Shown here: positions 19,356 to 27,255 of the stretch, piece after piece | How positions within the stretch are numbered: the first letter of the stretch is position 1 | Layout of the letters: each line of letters begins with the position of its first letter | Source of the DNA: an uncultured Armatimonadales bacterium | GTDB taxonomy: Bacteria; Armatimonadota; Armatimonadia; Armatimonadales; Capsulimonadaceae | Assembly (NCBI GenBank): GCA_964246575.1 | Contig: CAXTRL010000001.1 | Location: 1-52,828 of the forward strand | DNA: 52,828 nucleotides | Direction: 5' to 3' | The notes under the pieces: model-generated | The model's database searches: none | What the model saw: the letters and a program-made list of their open reading frames with translations, nothing else | Told to the model about the DNA's origin: nothing | Made by a program: the position numbers and the translations under genes

Positions 19356-20204
19356 TTAATTGCGTTGCTTGTTGTCAAAAAAACCGCGTGAGTAGCTGAC
19401 TCTGCGCTTCTCAGCAGGCACGGTCTGACCCGGTTCAGCACCCTGAGCAAAGAGCAGATACCGGGCCACATCGCTCGTATCTTCACAATGTTCCAAATAC
19501 ACGTTGACCAGCTTGTCGCTTATCTCTTGGTCTGTCACCCCTGCTTGGCAAACAACCCGCTTCACCGAACGGCTCAGGTTGAAGTTTATTTCTTGTTGAA
19601 TGCTTGTAACAGGCGGCATCGGTGCAGGCTCACGGGCCTTCACTTTTACTAGATAATGCTCATGTCCGACGCCGCTCTTATTGATTCCTGGCCCCCGAAA
19701 ACGTTGCATACGGACTCCAGGCCATGCCGGTCGACCTGCTCTTGCTTTCGGGCGCGGCCTTTGAGCCAAGTTGAACGCAGCGGTCGCCAGCGCAGTCATT
19801 TTCTTTTCTGAAATCGGCAGTTCACCAGGCTTTGATTCACGGCGGGTCACACCGCCCATTAGGTAAAGCGTACCAGTCCCCATATCCGCGACCACCTGAC
19901 GCTCAATCTTCTTCAGCAACTTAGTTAGCTTGTATTCACGGCAAGTTACGCAGTCGGCGCGTTCACATCCGCCGAACAGCTTTGCGCCGTCAGACAGCAG
20001 CCGCACAAAGAAACGCTTCGGACAACGGCAGTTGCCTACTTCCCGACGCTGGGATGGTGAACGCAGCCCTACTCCTGACTGGTCGCGGCTACTGAAAGTT
20101 TCTGCGTAAGGCCCCTCTTCTCCTGAGACAAGTAGACCGGTGCGGGAAATGGTAGATGTGTAATCCAACTTTTCGCGGGTATAATCTTCCTGAGCATTCG
20201 ACAT
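19356..20204 (-). CDS. hypothetical protein, possible replication initiator (Cys cluster plus HxH motif)
   Basis: ATG at 20204 with an AAGGGAGAA RBS. The Cys cluster is CRCPKRFF...GGCERADCVTCREY. GVGHEHYLVKV resembles an HUH motif. The functional call is weak. Confidence 0.6.
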   Translation of the reverse strand: MSNAQEDYTREKLDYTSTISRTGLLVSGEEGPYAETFSSRDQSGVGLRSPSQRREVGNCRCPKRFFVRLLSDGAKLFGGCERADCVTCREYKLTKLLKKIERQVVADMGTGTLYLMGGVTRRESKPGELPISEKKMTALATAAFNLAQRPRPKARAGRPAWPGVRMQRFRGPGINKSGVGHEHYLVKVKAREPAPMPPVTSIQQEINFNLSRSVKRVVCQAGVTDQEISDKLVNVYLEHCEDTSDVARYLLFAQGAEPGQTVPAEKRRVSYSRGFFDNKQRN

Positions 20205-20256
20205 GGTTTCTCCCTTCAACTGGAAACCGTGGTCTAGAACCCGCATTTGATTTGCC

Positions 20257-20631
20257 TTAGATGCGGGTTTTACTCCGTCCGGGCCATTCCGAGCTTATGG
20301 TAGTCCTAATGCAATCAATAGCTTCGCCCAATGTATAGGTAGACGAAGAACTGCGATGGTGAATCGACCGCAGGTACAACGAGAGCTTGCGCCGATACTC
20401 GGTGTAGTTGTATGAAACGCTATCCCGTTCTTTCGCCTCAGCAGACAGCCGTGCCGCAATGTCGCCCAAGATGCGAGTTGCCAAACCGACCCGGTTGACC
20501 GCTTCCTGAAAATCAAGGCAACACACTTCCTCAACAAGTTGAACCTGCTTACGATGGCGTGGCACTTTCCATAGCCTCCTTCTCTTGGCAACGCCGCTTT
20601 TGCAGGTACTCACGGCAGGCTTCACGGACAA
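20257..20631 (-). CDS. hypothetical protein (likely GTG start at 20565 after AGGAGG)
   Basis: Open frame between the RHH gene and the Rep-like gene. No recognisable motif. Confidence 0.45.
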   Translation of the reverse strand: MSVKPAVSTCKSGVAKRRRLWKVPRHRKQVQLVEEVCCLDFQEAVNRVGLATRILGDIAARLSAEAKERDSVSYNYTEYRRKLSLYLRSIHHRSSSSTYTLGEAIDCIRTTISSEWPGRSKTRI

Positions 20632-20752
20632 CGGCAGAGCGGCTTAATGTTGATTCCTTTGCAACATGGGAAAGCTCCGCCTGCATTGCTGGCGGCAGCA
20701 GAACAATGACGGGAAGTGTTTTGCGATGCTGATTATTGATTTTTCTGTCCAT
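20549..20752 (-). CDS. ribbon-helix-helix (CopG/Arc-type) DNA-binding protein
   Basis: ATG at 20752 (MDRKINN...). LPVIVLLPPAMQAELSHVAKESTLSRSAVVREACREYL fits a beta-strand plus two helices, as in the RHH fold. Confidence 0.7.
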   Translation of the reverse strand: MDRKINNQHRKTLPVIVLLPPAMQAELSHVAKESTLSRSAVVREACREYLQKRRCQEKEAMESATPS

Positions 20753-20782
20753 ATTTGTTTCCAACCCTAAAAATCCAGGCAC

Positions 20783-20845
20783 AAAAAAAGCGCATGACGA
20801 GACCAATGTTTTCCCTTGTGGGTTCCCTATGGTTTCGTCATGCGC
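20783..20845 (-). terminator. intrinsic terminator/attenuator hairpin upstream of the RHH gene
   Basis: Minus strand: gcgcatgacga (20845-20835), a 34-nt loop, tcgtcatgcgc (20800-20790), then TTTTTTT (20789-20783). Confidence 0.6.
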
Positions 20846-20930
20846 TATTCACGCTTACCTCACTGGTTTAATCCAGGTGCGAGGCTTTTAGTTATTCAGT
20901 TGGTGGCAGAAGGGCTTTCTGCTTGTGTAT

Positions 20931-20959
20931 ATTGTACTCAAACATATTCAATTTGTCAA
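20931..20959 (-). promoter_or_regulatory. near-consensus promoter reading toward the RHH/Rep-like genes
   Basis: Minus strand: TTGACA (20959-54), a 17-nt spacer, TACAAT (20936-31). Confidence 0.6.
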
Positions 20960-20990
20960 CACCTTCTCAACACGTTTTCGCGTCTGCCTC

Positions 20991-21530
20991 TCAGGACGCG
21001 GCGTTTTCACTCGGCTCCTCCCGCCTGTCGGAACGTAGAGTGGAATATCGCAAAATCGCGGATTCGTTTGTGTTATATTCTGCGCTTCCCGCTCCCACTT
21101 GTACCTCTGGTACGAACTCTGAACCGGGCGTTTCTATGATTGATGTCAATTGTAGAGACGCCCGGTCTTTTGCTGTCACCTCTACCCGCTTGACCAGGCG
21201 CTGGATCAGCCATCTGCGTTCGTCCTCCGTGGCCTTGAACCAGGCGGCTGTGACTTGAGACCACGTTCCCTGGACTTGGTCCACCGTCGGACGCCGCGTC
21301 GTTCCAACCGCAATGTCTGCCTCGACCTGGGCAAGTGCCGCCACCACTTCCGCTTTCTCCCCTTCCAGGCGCTCCAGTTCATCTTGAATGGACTGATACC
21401 GCATCCCACCGATGATGGCGTCCGTCGCCCCTTTGACTTTCTTGGTGAGTTCGTTCTTTTTTGCCAGCAAATGTTTCCGCTGGTACTTCAAAAGCTGCGG
21501 CGCGCGCCCCCAGTTGCCTGAGTTCGAGAT
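20991..21530 (-). pseudogene. C-terminal fragment of a second large serine recombinase (catalytic and zinc-ribbon parts missing)
   Basis: RRPTVDQVQGTWSQVTAAWFKATEDERRWLIQRLVKRVEVTAKDR aligns with RRPDLEQVQAWWGQFGELWDAATDEERQKLMPLLVERVEMTEKER of the intact recombinase. The upstream coiled-coil part is also present, but no resolvase domain. The junction coordinate is approximate. Confidence 0.75.
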
Positions 21531-21965
21531 GATCCGGTGCATGACCGAGAGCAGCGTTATTAGCGCCATCAGCGGCTTGCCCGCGCCCAGGAACTCTGAT
21601 CCGAACAGCGCCAAATACACCCCGAGCATCGGTGAGCCACAGCAACCGAGCAGAAAGCAACCACCCGCCATCAGAACCCCAACTAAGGTGACGCTTCCCG
21701 CAGCGCCCGCCGCGAGTGCCGCCTGTCGTGTACGCACGAACTGGACCGTCGCCCAGACTGCGAACGCCGCACCCAGGGCGTAAGAGAACCCTAGATAGTA
21801 ATCCTGGGCCACCCAGTAAGGCCCGAGACCTAGAAAGCCCACATTGTTCGTAATCCCGCTGTCCGCGAAGCCGTCGGAGTCAGTCGGCGCGGTGGAAAAG
21901 TGACGAATACAAACCGCGTGCAGGGCCATCACGAAAATGAATGTCACCGTTGGCAGCAGAAGCAC
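21531..21965 (-). pseudogene. membrane protein with intramembrane GCCGSP motif, 3' end replaced by the recombinase fragment
   Basis: About 4 hydrophobic spans (LGFSYALGAAFAVWATV, SVTLVGVLMAGGCFLLGCCGSPMLGVYLALFG, PLMALITLLSV) run in frame into recombinase-derived sequence. Confidence 0.5.
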
Positions 21966-22612
21966 TCACCCGACATCGCTTCCCGCGCTTCTTTGACAAG
22001 CAGCGGCACGATGACGAGCGACGCGGCGGCGTCCAGCCACCACCAGTGCAGAAGCGCGTTCGCGGCTAAGCCCGCCAGCAGCATCCAGGACAGGTAGCCG
22101 CAGGTGAACGTCTCCATCGCGTCGGCGCGGAGGGCGCGGCTGCCGATCTGGTCGGCCACCCGAATTTTGGCCTTCGCCAGCACGGGCATTCCGAACGCCG
22201 CCACGACCGATACGGCGATGCCCCACCAGGAAATGTCGGTGTGGTGCCTGTGAGTCAGGCCGTAAACCGCCTGAAGGACAACATAAACGCTCAGGGCATA
22301 CAGCAGAAAGCCGCCGATACGGGATGCCTTGCGCTCTACGGCCTCTATCGCCTCGTCACCCCCTACTCGTGCCTGGGCCTCAAGACGCAGTCGCCAGAAG
22401 AGGACGCCCGCCGAGATCAACTCGACAACGCTGTCAGCCCCGAATGCCACCAAGAGCAGGCTCGCCGCGGCGACGCCCGCGCCAATGGACACGGATGCCT
22501 CGATGACCATCCAGATTAGAGTGATGGTTTCCAGGAGAAGCGCAGGGCGCATCCGCTCGGCAGGCGTCAAATCGGAGGGAGGCGGATTCGCACGGTCATT
22601 GGTCGTGTTCAT
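21944..22612 (-). CDS. cation-efflux (CDF-like) membrane-domain protein
   Basis: Six TM spans, with ADSVVELISA and RALRADAMETFTC blocks resembling CDF TM2/TM5 metal sites. There is no cytoplasmic C-terminal domain. An ATGA overlap joins it to the upstream gene. Confidence 0.8.
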   Translation of the reverse strand: MNTTNDRANPPPSDLTPAERMRPALLLETITLIWMVIEASVSIGAGVAAASLLLVAFGADSVVELISAGVLFWRLRLEAQARVGGDEAIEAVERKASRIGGFLLYALSVYVVLQAVYGLTHRHHTDISWWGIAVSVVAAFGMPVLAKAKIRVADQIGSRALRADAMETFTCGYLSWMLLAGLAANALLHWWWLDAAASLVIVPLLVKEAREAMSGECFCCQR

Positions 22613-22971
22613 GTTTTTCCTTGCAGGTTCTCAGGAGCGTGAAATTGGTCGTCTGGTACCAACTGACGACGGCCCGAAGGCAGTATTTGGTAGATGTTCC
22701 CATCCCGCCCGACAATGTAGGGCATGACGGGGACGTGGGAAATATCAATTCCGTGTATCCTGGCCTCGTTCCACAATCGCCAGTATCGATTGATCTTCTG
22801 AACCAGCCGCGCCTTGCGCTCGGCGTGACCTTGACCCTTATGGGCAGGACGGGCGCGAACATGGTGAGGCTTGTTTGGGCTTCTTACGTGCTGCGCGTCG
22901 GCGGCCATACTGCAAGCAGAAATGCCTATTATGCCGCAGGCCGTCAGAAGCAAGAGACTGTTGCTTTTCAT
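22609..22971 (-). CDS. secreted/lipoprotein-like hypothetical protein
   Basis: Signal peptide MKSNSLLLLTACGIIGISAC, then a His/Lys-rich region (HVRSPNKPHHVRARPAHKGQGH). Confidence 0.6.
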   Translation of the reverse strand: MKSNSLLLLTACGIIGISACSMAADAQHVRSPNKPHHVRARPAHKGQGHAERKARLVQKINRYWRLWNEARIHGIDISHVPVMPYIVGRDGNIYQILPSGRRQLVPDDQFHAPENLQGKT

Positions 22972-23001
22972 TTCCTCGCCTCCCGCTCATGGAAGTGCCC
23001 G

Positions 23002-23961
23002 TCAATGAGTGTGTTCATGCTCATGGGCGTGCGCCTCCATCGCACAGTAGAGGTCATTCTGCTCGGTCATGTCGCACAGGCCCTCGATCTCCGTCTGGAT
23101 CGTGGCGTGTTCGATCCCGAAGTCGTCGTGCAGGGTCTTGTTCACCGCGCCGACGATGGCCGCGCACTGCTCCAGCGAGCACGCTGCAGGCAAGGCGACA
23201 TGACAGGACAGAAAGTTCATGCCGTCGCCGACCTGCCAGATGTGCAGGTCGTGAACGTCGCAAACGGGCTTCACGGCCTTGATGCCCGCGATCAGCTTGT
23301 CTACATCCAGGTCTTTTGGCGTGGCCTCCATGAGGATGTCCGTCGCATCCTTGACAATGCCCACCGCTGAGTAAAGGATGAAGGCAGCAATCAGCACGGA
23401 CACGGCAGGGTCGGCGTAAACCGCCCAAGTCCCGTGCGTATAATGAACGATCACGCCCGCGATGACGACGGCCAGACTGGAAACGGCGTCCCCAGCCATG
23501 TGAACAAAGGCGGCGCGGCTGTTGAGGCTGTTTTTGGCATCTCCCGACAGGGCGGCGGCGATGACGGTGTTCATCACCACGGCGACGGCAGCAACCCAGA
23601 TCATCAATGTGCCGACGATGGGTTCGGGGTGATGGAAGCGGCTGACGGCTTCCACGCCGATGAAGATGGCGATGGCGACGAGCGTGGCCGCGTTGAACAG
23701 CGCCGTGAGAATAGAAACGCGGTGAAAACCGTGAGTGTGCTTTGCGGTAGCAGGCTTACGGGCGACCCAGACGGCGTAGGCGGCCAAACCGAGGGCCAAA
23801 GCGTCACTGAGGTTGTGACCTGCATCCGACATGAGGGCCAGCGAGCGGCTTACCCATCCCGCAAAGGCTTCCCCGACGACAAAGATCAGCGTGACAATGA
23901 GGGCGACCCAGAGTTTCCTGCCGCTCGTGGGTCCATGAACGTGACCTGCGTGTCCTGACAT
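23002..23961 (-). CDS. czcD: CDF-family Zn/Co/Cd efflux transporter
   Basis: ATG at 23961 (MSGHAGHVHG...). SDAGHNLSDALALGLA, FVHMAGDAVSS and the C-terminal domain are present. The tail AMEAHAHEHEHTH is His-rich. Confidence 0.9.
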   Translation of the reverse strand: MSGHAGHVHGPTSGRKLWVALIVTLIFVVGEAFAGWVSRSLALMSDAGHNLSDALALGLAAYAVWVARKPATAKHTHGFHRVSILTALFNAATLVAIAIFIGVEAVSRFHHPEPIVGTLMIWVAAVAVVMNTVIAAALSGDAKNSLNSRAAFVHMAGDAVSSLAVVIAGVIVHYTHGTWAVYADPAVSVLIAAFILYSAVGIVKDATDILMEATPKDLDVDKLIAGIKAVKPVCDVHDLHIWQVGDGMNFLSCHVALPAACSLEQCAAIVGAVNKTLHDDFGIEHATIQTEIEGLCDMTEQNDLYCAMEAHAHEHEHTH

Positions 23962-24058
23962 AGTTAAGTCCTTAATCGAAGCGTGAAGGATGACGGCAGA
24001 AGGCAGGCTCAAGCAGAGCCATGCACTCAAGCCGTACAAAAAGGCGGAGAAGACAATG

Positions 24059-24514
24059 TTAGGAGGCAGGAGGAGCGCGTCGGCCAGGAGTGGCGGAGGC
24101 CGCAGATGAAAATAGTGGTCCGCGAGTGGGGCGGGCGTATAGGACTTCTTCAGTAGGATTGGGAGACTTGCTTAGCGCGTTAGGAACTGGAAGGCAGATT
24201 ACTTCTGCCAACCCAAGCGGCGTGAGCCGCGCTGTAGGCGCGGGTGCCGCCGCACTGACCACTCTTTTGCAATGACACCCAACCTTAATAGTTGAAACTT
24301 TACCCGGACTTCGTGTCGAGGGTCGGCAACTGGGATCACAATGGCCTGACGTGGCTTGGCAGCGGCAGTGGCCTGGCGACGTGCTGCAAATGCGCCCTTC
24401 GCAAACCCACGCCACTGCGGGTTGTGGGGCCAGCAGGGACAACAGCAGCACGAGTGCTGCCAGCACCGGGATGAATCTGCGCCACGTCATATCAAAGTGT
24501 ACCCTTTTGGGCAA
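24059..24514 (-). CDS. Cys-rich secreted protein ending in RRAPPAS
   Basis: Signal peptide (RRFIPVLAALVLLLSLLAPQPAVA), then WVCEGRICSTSPGHCRCQATSGHCDPSC...GCHC. Confidence 0.6.
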   Translation of the reverse strand: MPKRVHFDMTWRRFIPVLAALVLLLSLLAPQPAVAWVCEGRICSTSPGHCRCQATSGHCDPSCRPSTRSPGKVSTIKVGCHCKRVVSAAAPAPTARLTPLGLAEVICLPVPNALSKSPNPTEEVLYARPTRGPLFSSAASATPGRRAPPAS

Positions 24515-24678
24515 AGTCTTGAGGCCGTGTGCTCCGCGTGTCCCAGAATGCTTCCTTTGGAACGGCTGTCAGAAGCGATGGCTGAAGCCAACGCCGAGAA
24601 ATGAGTGCGGCGGCGACAGTTAAAGGGTGTTCAGTGAAGTCTTTGTTTTCGTGGGGAATTCCTCTGTTCATCGGGTGA

Positions 24679-25011
24679 CTACTTGGTCCCAAGCGCGAAG
24701 AATGCGTTCAGCTTCATCAAGGCATCGGAGCGTATGTGGGCGTAAACCTCGCGCCCTCGCTTCTGAGTCTCGATCAAGCCCGCGTCCCGCAGAGCATTGA
24801 GATGGTGGGTCAGCGTGCTCGGCGCGCAGGGGACTTGGCAGCGCACGTCACAGGAAGCTACGCCCCCGACGCATCCACCGTCACACCTCCCCGTACAGGT
24901 GTCGTAGCAAGCCTCGCCGCCGCATTCACGAATGCACTGGAACACGGCCAGCCTGGTCGGGTCGGCGAGGGCGCGCAGAATCGGCAGAACTTCATCCATC
25001 AGGAGCACCAT
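24679..25011 (-). CDS. ArsR/SmtB-family metalloregulator with a Cys-rich insertion
   Basis: LRALADPTRLAVFQCI and STLTHHLNALRDAGLIETQKRGREVYAHI are the ArsR wHTH. Between them lie nine Cys in 45 aa (CIRECGGEACYDTCTGRCDGGCVGGVASCDVRCQVPC). Confidence 0.88.
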   Translation of the reverse strand: MVLLMDEVLPILRALADPTRLAVFQCIRECGGEACYDTCTGRCDGGCVGGVASCDVRCQVPCAPSTLTHHLNALRDAGLIETQKRGREVYAHIRSDALMKLNAFFALGTK

Positions 25012-25041
25012 CCTCGGACTTTCCTAAGCCTTGCCAGGGCT

Positions 25042-26037
25042 TTACATCGTGCGATGAACGCCCTGGGTACGGCTCGGGAACCGCAGCTTCGGCGTAAGGG
25101 GCGTCGGCGGCCCCTGCGGGCGCGTCCGGTGCGAATAATTGGCGGCCAGGTACGAGCCGATCACGAGCAGGGCAGCGACGGCCTGGGCCACGAGCGTCTG
25201 GACTGTCGGGAACATCGAGAACCACAGCCCCATCCAATCGGGGATCGGGATGTGGACCGGGGTCGTGTGCAGCCAGCCCGCCAGTTGCATCTCCTGGGCC
25301 TCTTCGCCGACCATGACCAAAAGGACGGCCCCCAAGAGGACCCCGGTGATAACGAGCATCCTTTTGAATGGCAGATTCTTATTCGCCAGGAACACCAGGA
25401 CAGCCACAACCGCCGTCAGGCCCAGCCCAACCGCCGTACCCTCCAGGACGAGCGTGCTACCCGCCCGGAGGCGCAGGTTTTGAAGGAACAGAACGATCTC
25501 GAAGCCCTCACGGTAGATCGCTGTGAATCCAAGCAGCGCCAAACCCCAAAACGTGCGCGTGGCGTTCCTGTCCATGTCCTCGGCTTCCATGATGCGCTTG
25601 CGGCGGTTGCTGTGGCTGCCGATCCACCCGGTCCAGTAAACCTTGTGGAAAAACCAGTTCATGATGACCAACAGAACGACGATGGCAAGCAGCCCCGTCG
25701 CGGCCTGGACGTCCAGTGCGGGCGCGGTGATGCGGGAGAGCACAGCTACGACAAGGAACCAAGTCGCGATGCTTGCGAGGAAGGCAAGGCCGCCGCCAAC
25801 GGGGACAGCCCGGAGGTAATCCCTGCGGCCTGTGCGAGCCATACCCGCCGTGACCGCTGCCAGGACAAGGACGGCCTCCAGCCCTTCGCGGAAGACGAGT
25901 ACCGCCGTGCTGAGGATCATGGCGGCGGGGTTGAGACCACGAGCCATGGGATTTGGACTGCCGTGGGCATTAACCGCTTGCCAGACGAACACTCCCATAA
26001 TCAGTAACACAGCCAGTGCTGTGATCAGCTTCTTCAT
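25042..26037 (-). CDS. FTR1/EfeU-family (iron/lead transporter superfamily) permease
   Basis: Two REXXE motifs, REGLEAVLVL and REGFEIVLFL. Seven TM spans. Confidence 0.88.
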   Translation of the reverse strand: MKKLITALAVLLIMGVFVWQAVNAHGSPNPMARGLNPAAMILSTAVLVFREGLEAVLVLAAVTAGMARTGRRDYLRAVPVGGGLAFLASIATWFLVVAVLSRITAPALDVQAATGLLAIVVLLVIMNWFFHKVYWTGWIGSHSNRRKRIMEAEDMDRNATRTFWGLALLGFTAIYREGFEIVLFLQNLRLRAGSTLVLEGTAVGLGLTAVVAVLVFLANKNLPFKRMLVITGVLLGAVLLVMVGEEAQEMQLAGWLHTTPVHIPIPDWMGLWFSMFPTVQTLVAQAVAALLVIGSYLAANYSHRTRPQGPPTPLTPKLRFPSRTQGVHRTM

Positions 26038-26294
26038 CGTCGTACTTTCTGAATAATCGTCTGATGGACCGAGACGTTAAAACCTATTAAACATGATTTC
26101 CGACCATTTTTGTCGGATACGTAACCATTGTGACATCCTGCCCAAAGGAAGTCAACAAATAAGGCGAAAAGGTTCGACCTTTATCGAATCTTTTTTGTCA
26201 GGACACCCCAAGAAGTGCTGTTGTTGTGGCGGCCCGCTAAGGCAATAGTCGGTAGGGGAACTTATCGGCTCGTTTCGTGGTATATTCTAATAGT

Positions 26295-26831
26295 ATGCGG
26301 GACCGTGCCTACAAGTCGCTGACATTTCTCCTGGCACTGCTCTTCGCATTGTCTTCGTGGATGCCCATGCCTGGCCGCGCTGAAGCACAAATGCGCTGCG
26401 TAGGCGCTTCGCTGCACTTTGCTCCTTGTACCCGCATCGTGCTGCCTGCCGCAGGATTAACCGAGGCTCAGGTTTACAGCCAACTGATGCCGTGCTGCCG
26501 CTCCATGCGGGCCAGCACCATGCAAAGCTGCTCCATACAGCATTCTGTTCAGCCCATGAAGGCTTCAGCAACAGCAGCGCGTCACTCAAGCCTTTCGGCC
26601 CGCCGCTGCTTCGTCACCATTCATGTCGCAGCCGCAGGTGCCACGGCTCCCGCCGTGTCCCGTACCCGCTGGTTCCTGACCGCAAATCCCGCGCTTGCTC
26701 CCCCGGTCGCGGTGCAGCCCGCTTTTGCGCTCGCCTTGTTCACCCGCCTTGCCTTCTGGACATTCGCTCCTACTCTGTCACCACACGCCCTCCCGCGCCT
26801 GCACGGTCTTCGTGCGCCTCCTGCCGCCTGA
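26295..26831 (+). CDS. Cys-containing secreted protein ending in LRAPPAA
   Basis: ATG at 26295, directly downstream of a TGgTATATT extended -10. Signal peptide LTFLLALLFALSSWMPMPGRAEA. Its C-terminus resembles that of 24059..24514. Confidence 0.55.
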   Translation: MRDRAYKSLTFLLALLFALSSWMPMPGRAEAQMRCVGASLHFAPCTRIVLPAAGLTEAQVYSQLMPCCRSMRASTMQSCSIQHSVQPMKASATAARHSSLSARRCFVTIHVAAAGATAPAVSRTRWFLTANPALAPPVAVQPAFALALFTRLAFWTFAPTLSPHALPRLHGLRAPPAA

Positions 26832-26892
26832 ATTTCTGTCTTCCACTCATGTCAACATCCCGGTACTGCACCTGGATGACGCTGAGCCGCTT

Positions 26893-26926
26893 TTATACGC
26901 CCATTCGATTTATACGCCCATTCGAT
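26893..26926 (+). repeat. perfect 17-bp direct tandem repeat (x2) upstream of the efflux operon
   Basis: ttatacgcccattcgat occurs at 26893-26909 and again at 26910-26926, ending 27 nt before the ATG at 26954. Confidence 0.95.
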
Positions 26927-26953
26927 CCGCACAAAACTTAGGAAAAACTTGCA

Positions 26954-27181
26954 ATGAAGTCAAAGATTGCCTTGGCAGGGCTTGCCCTTGCCCTGCTTCC
27001 GGTGACGGCTCTGGCCGCGCCTGCGAAGATGAAACCGATGCGGAAGCCCACTCAGGCTTCCGCCATGTACGAATGCACCAAGTGCCACATGAAAGTCACC
27101 GCCGCCGTCGCCAAAAAAGACGGCTACAAAGACTCAATGGACGGTGGCAAGCTGGTTCCCGTCAAAACTGCTAAACAGTAA
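26954..27181 (+). CDS. small secreted CxxC protein carrying one copy of the Y-x-C-x2-C...MDGGxLVPV module
   Basis: Signal peptide, then MYECTKCHMKVTAAVAKKDGYKDSMDGGKLVPV. The same module occurs twice in the MFP C-terminus. Confidence 0.75.
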   Translation: MKSKIALAGLALALLPVTALAAPAKMKPMRKPTQASAMYECTKCHMKVTAAVAKKDGYKDSMDGGKLVPVKTAKQ

Positions 27182-27255
27182 ATAGCATTCAACACTTGGA
27201 CTTTGCCGCAGGGCGCGTTCTCACCCTGCGGCAAAGACTCAAACAGATAGAGACC

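Noticed and set aside
20800-20990. Search for a direct repeat of the tRNA-fMet 3' end at the right end of the integrative element
   Set aside because: I saw only an 8-nt match (gtgggttc at about 20818). Serine recombinases need only a 2-bp crossover, so absence of a long repeat is expected and the short match is not evidence.
24736-26007. 423-aa plus-strand ORF across ArsR and the FTR1 permease
   Set aside because: It is antisense to two genes with clear family motifs (ArsR wHTH, two REXXE). The translation is Arg/Gly/Asp-rich without motifs.
26038-26276. Short inverted repeats in the divergent metal-island promoter region (tccgac-N7-gtcgga at 26099-26117; aaaggt-tcg-accttt at 26168-26182) as ArsR operators
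   Set aside because: The arms are only 6 bp long, so such matches are expected by chance in 240 bp. They are worth testing only together with the ArsR EMSA proposed above.
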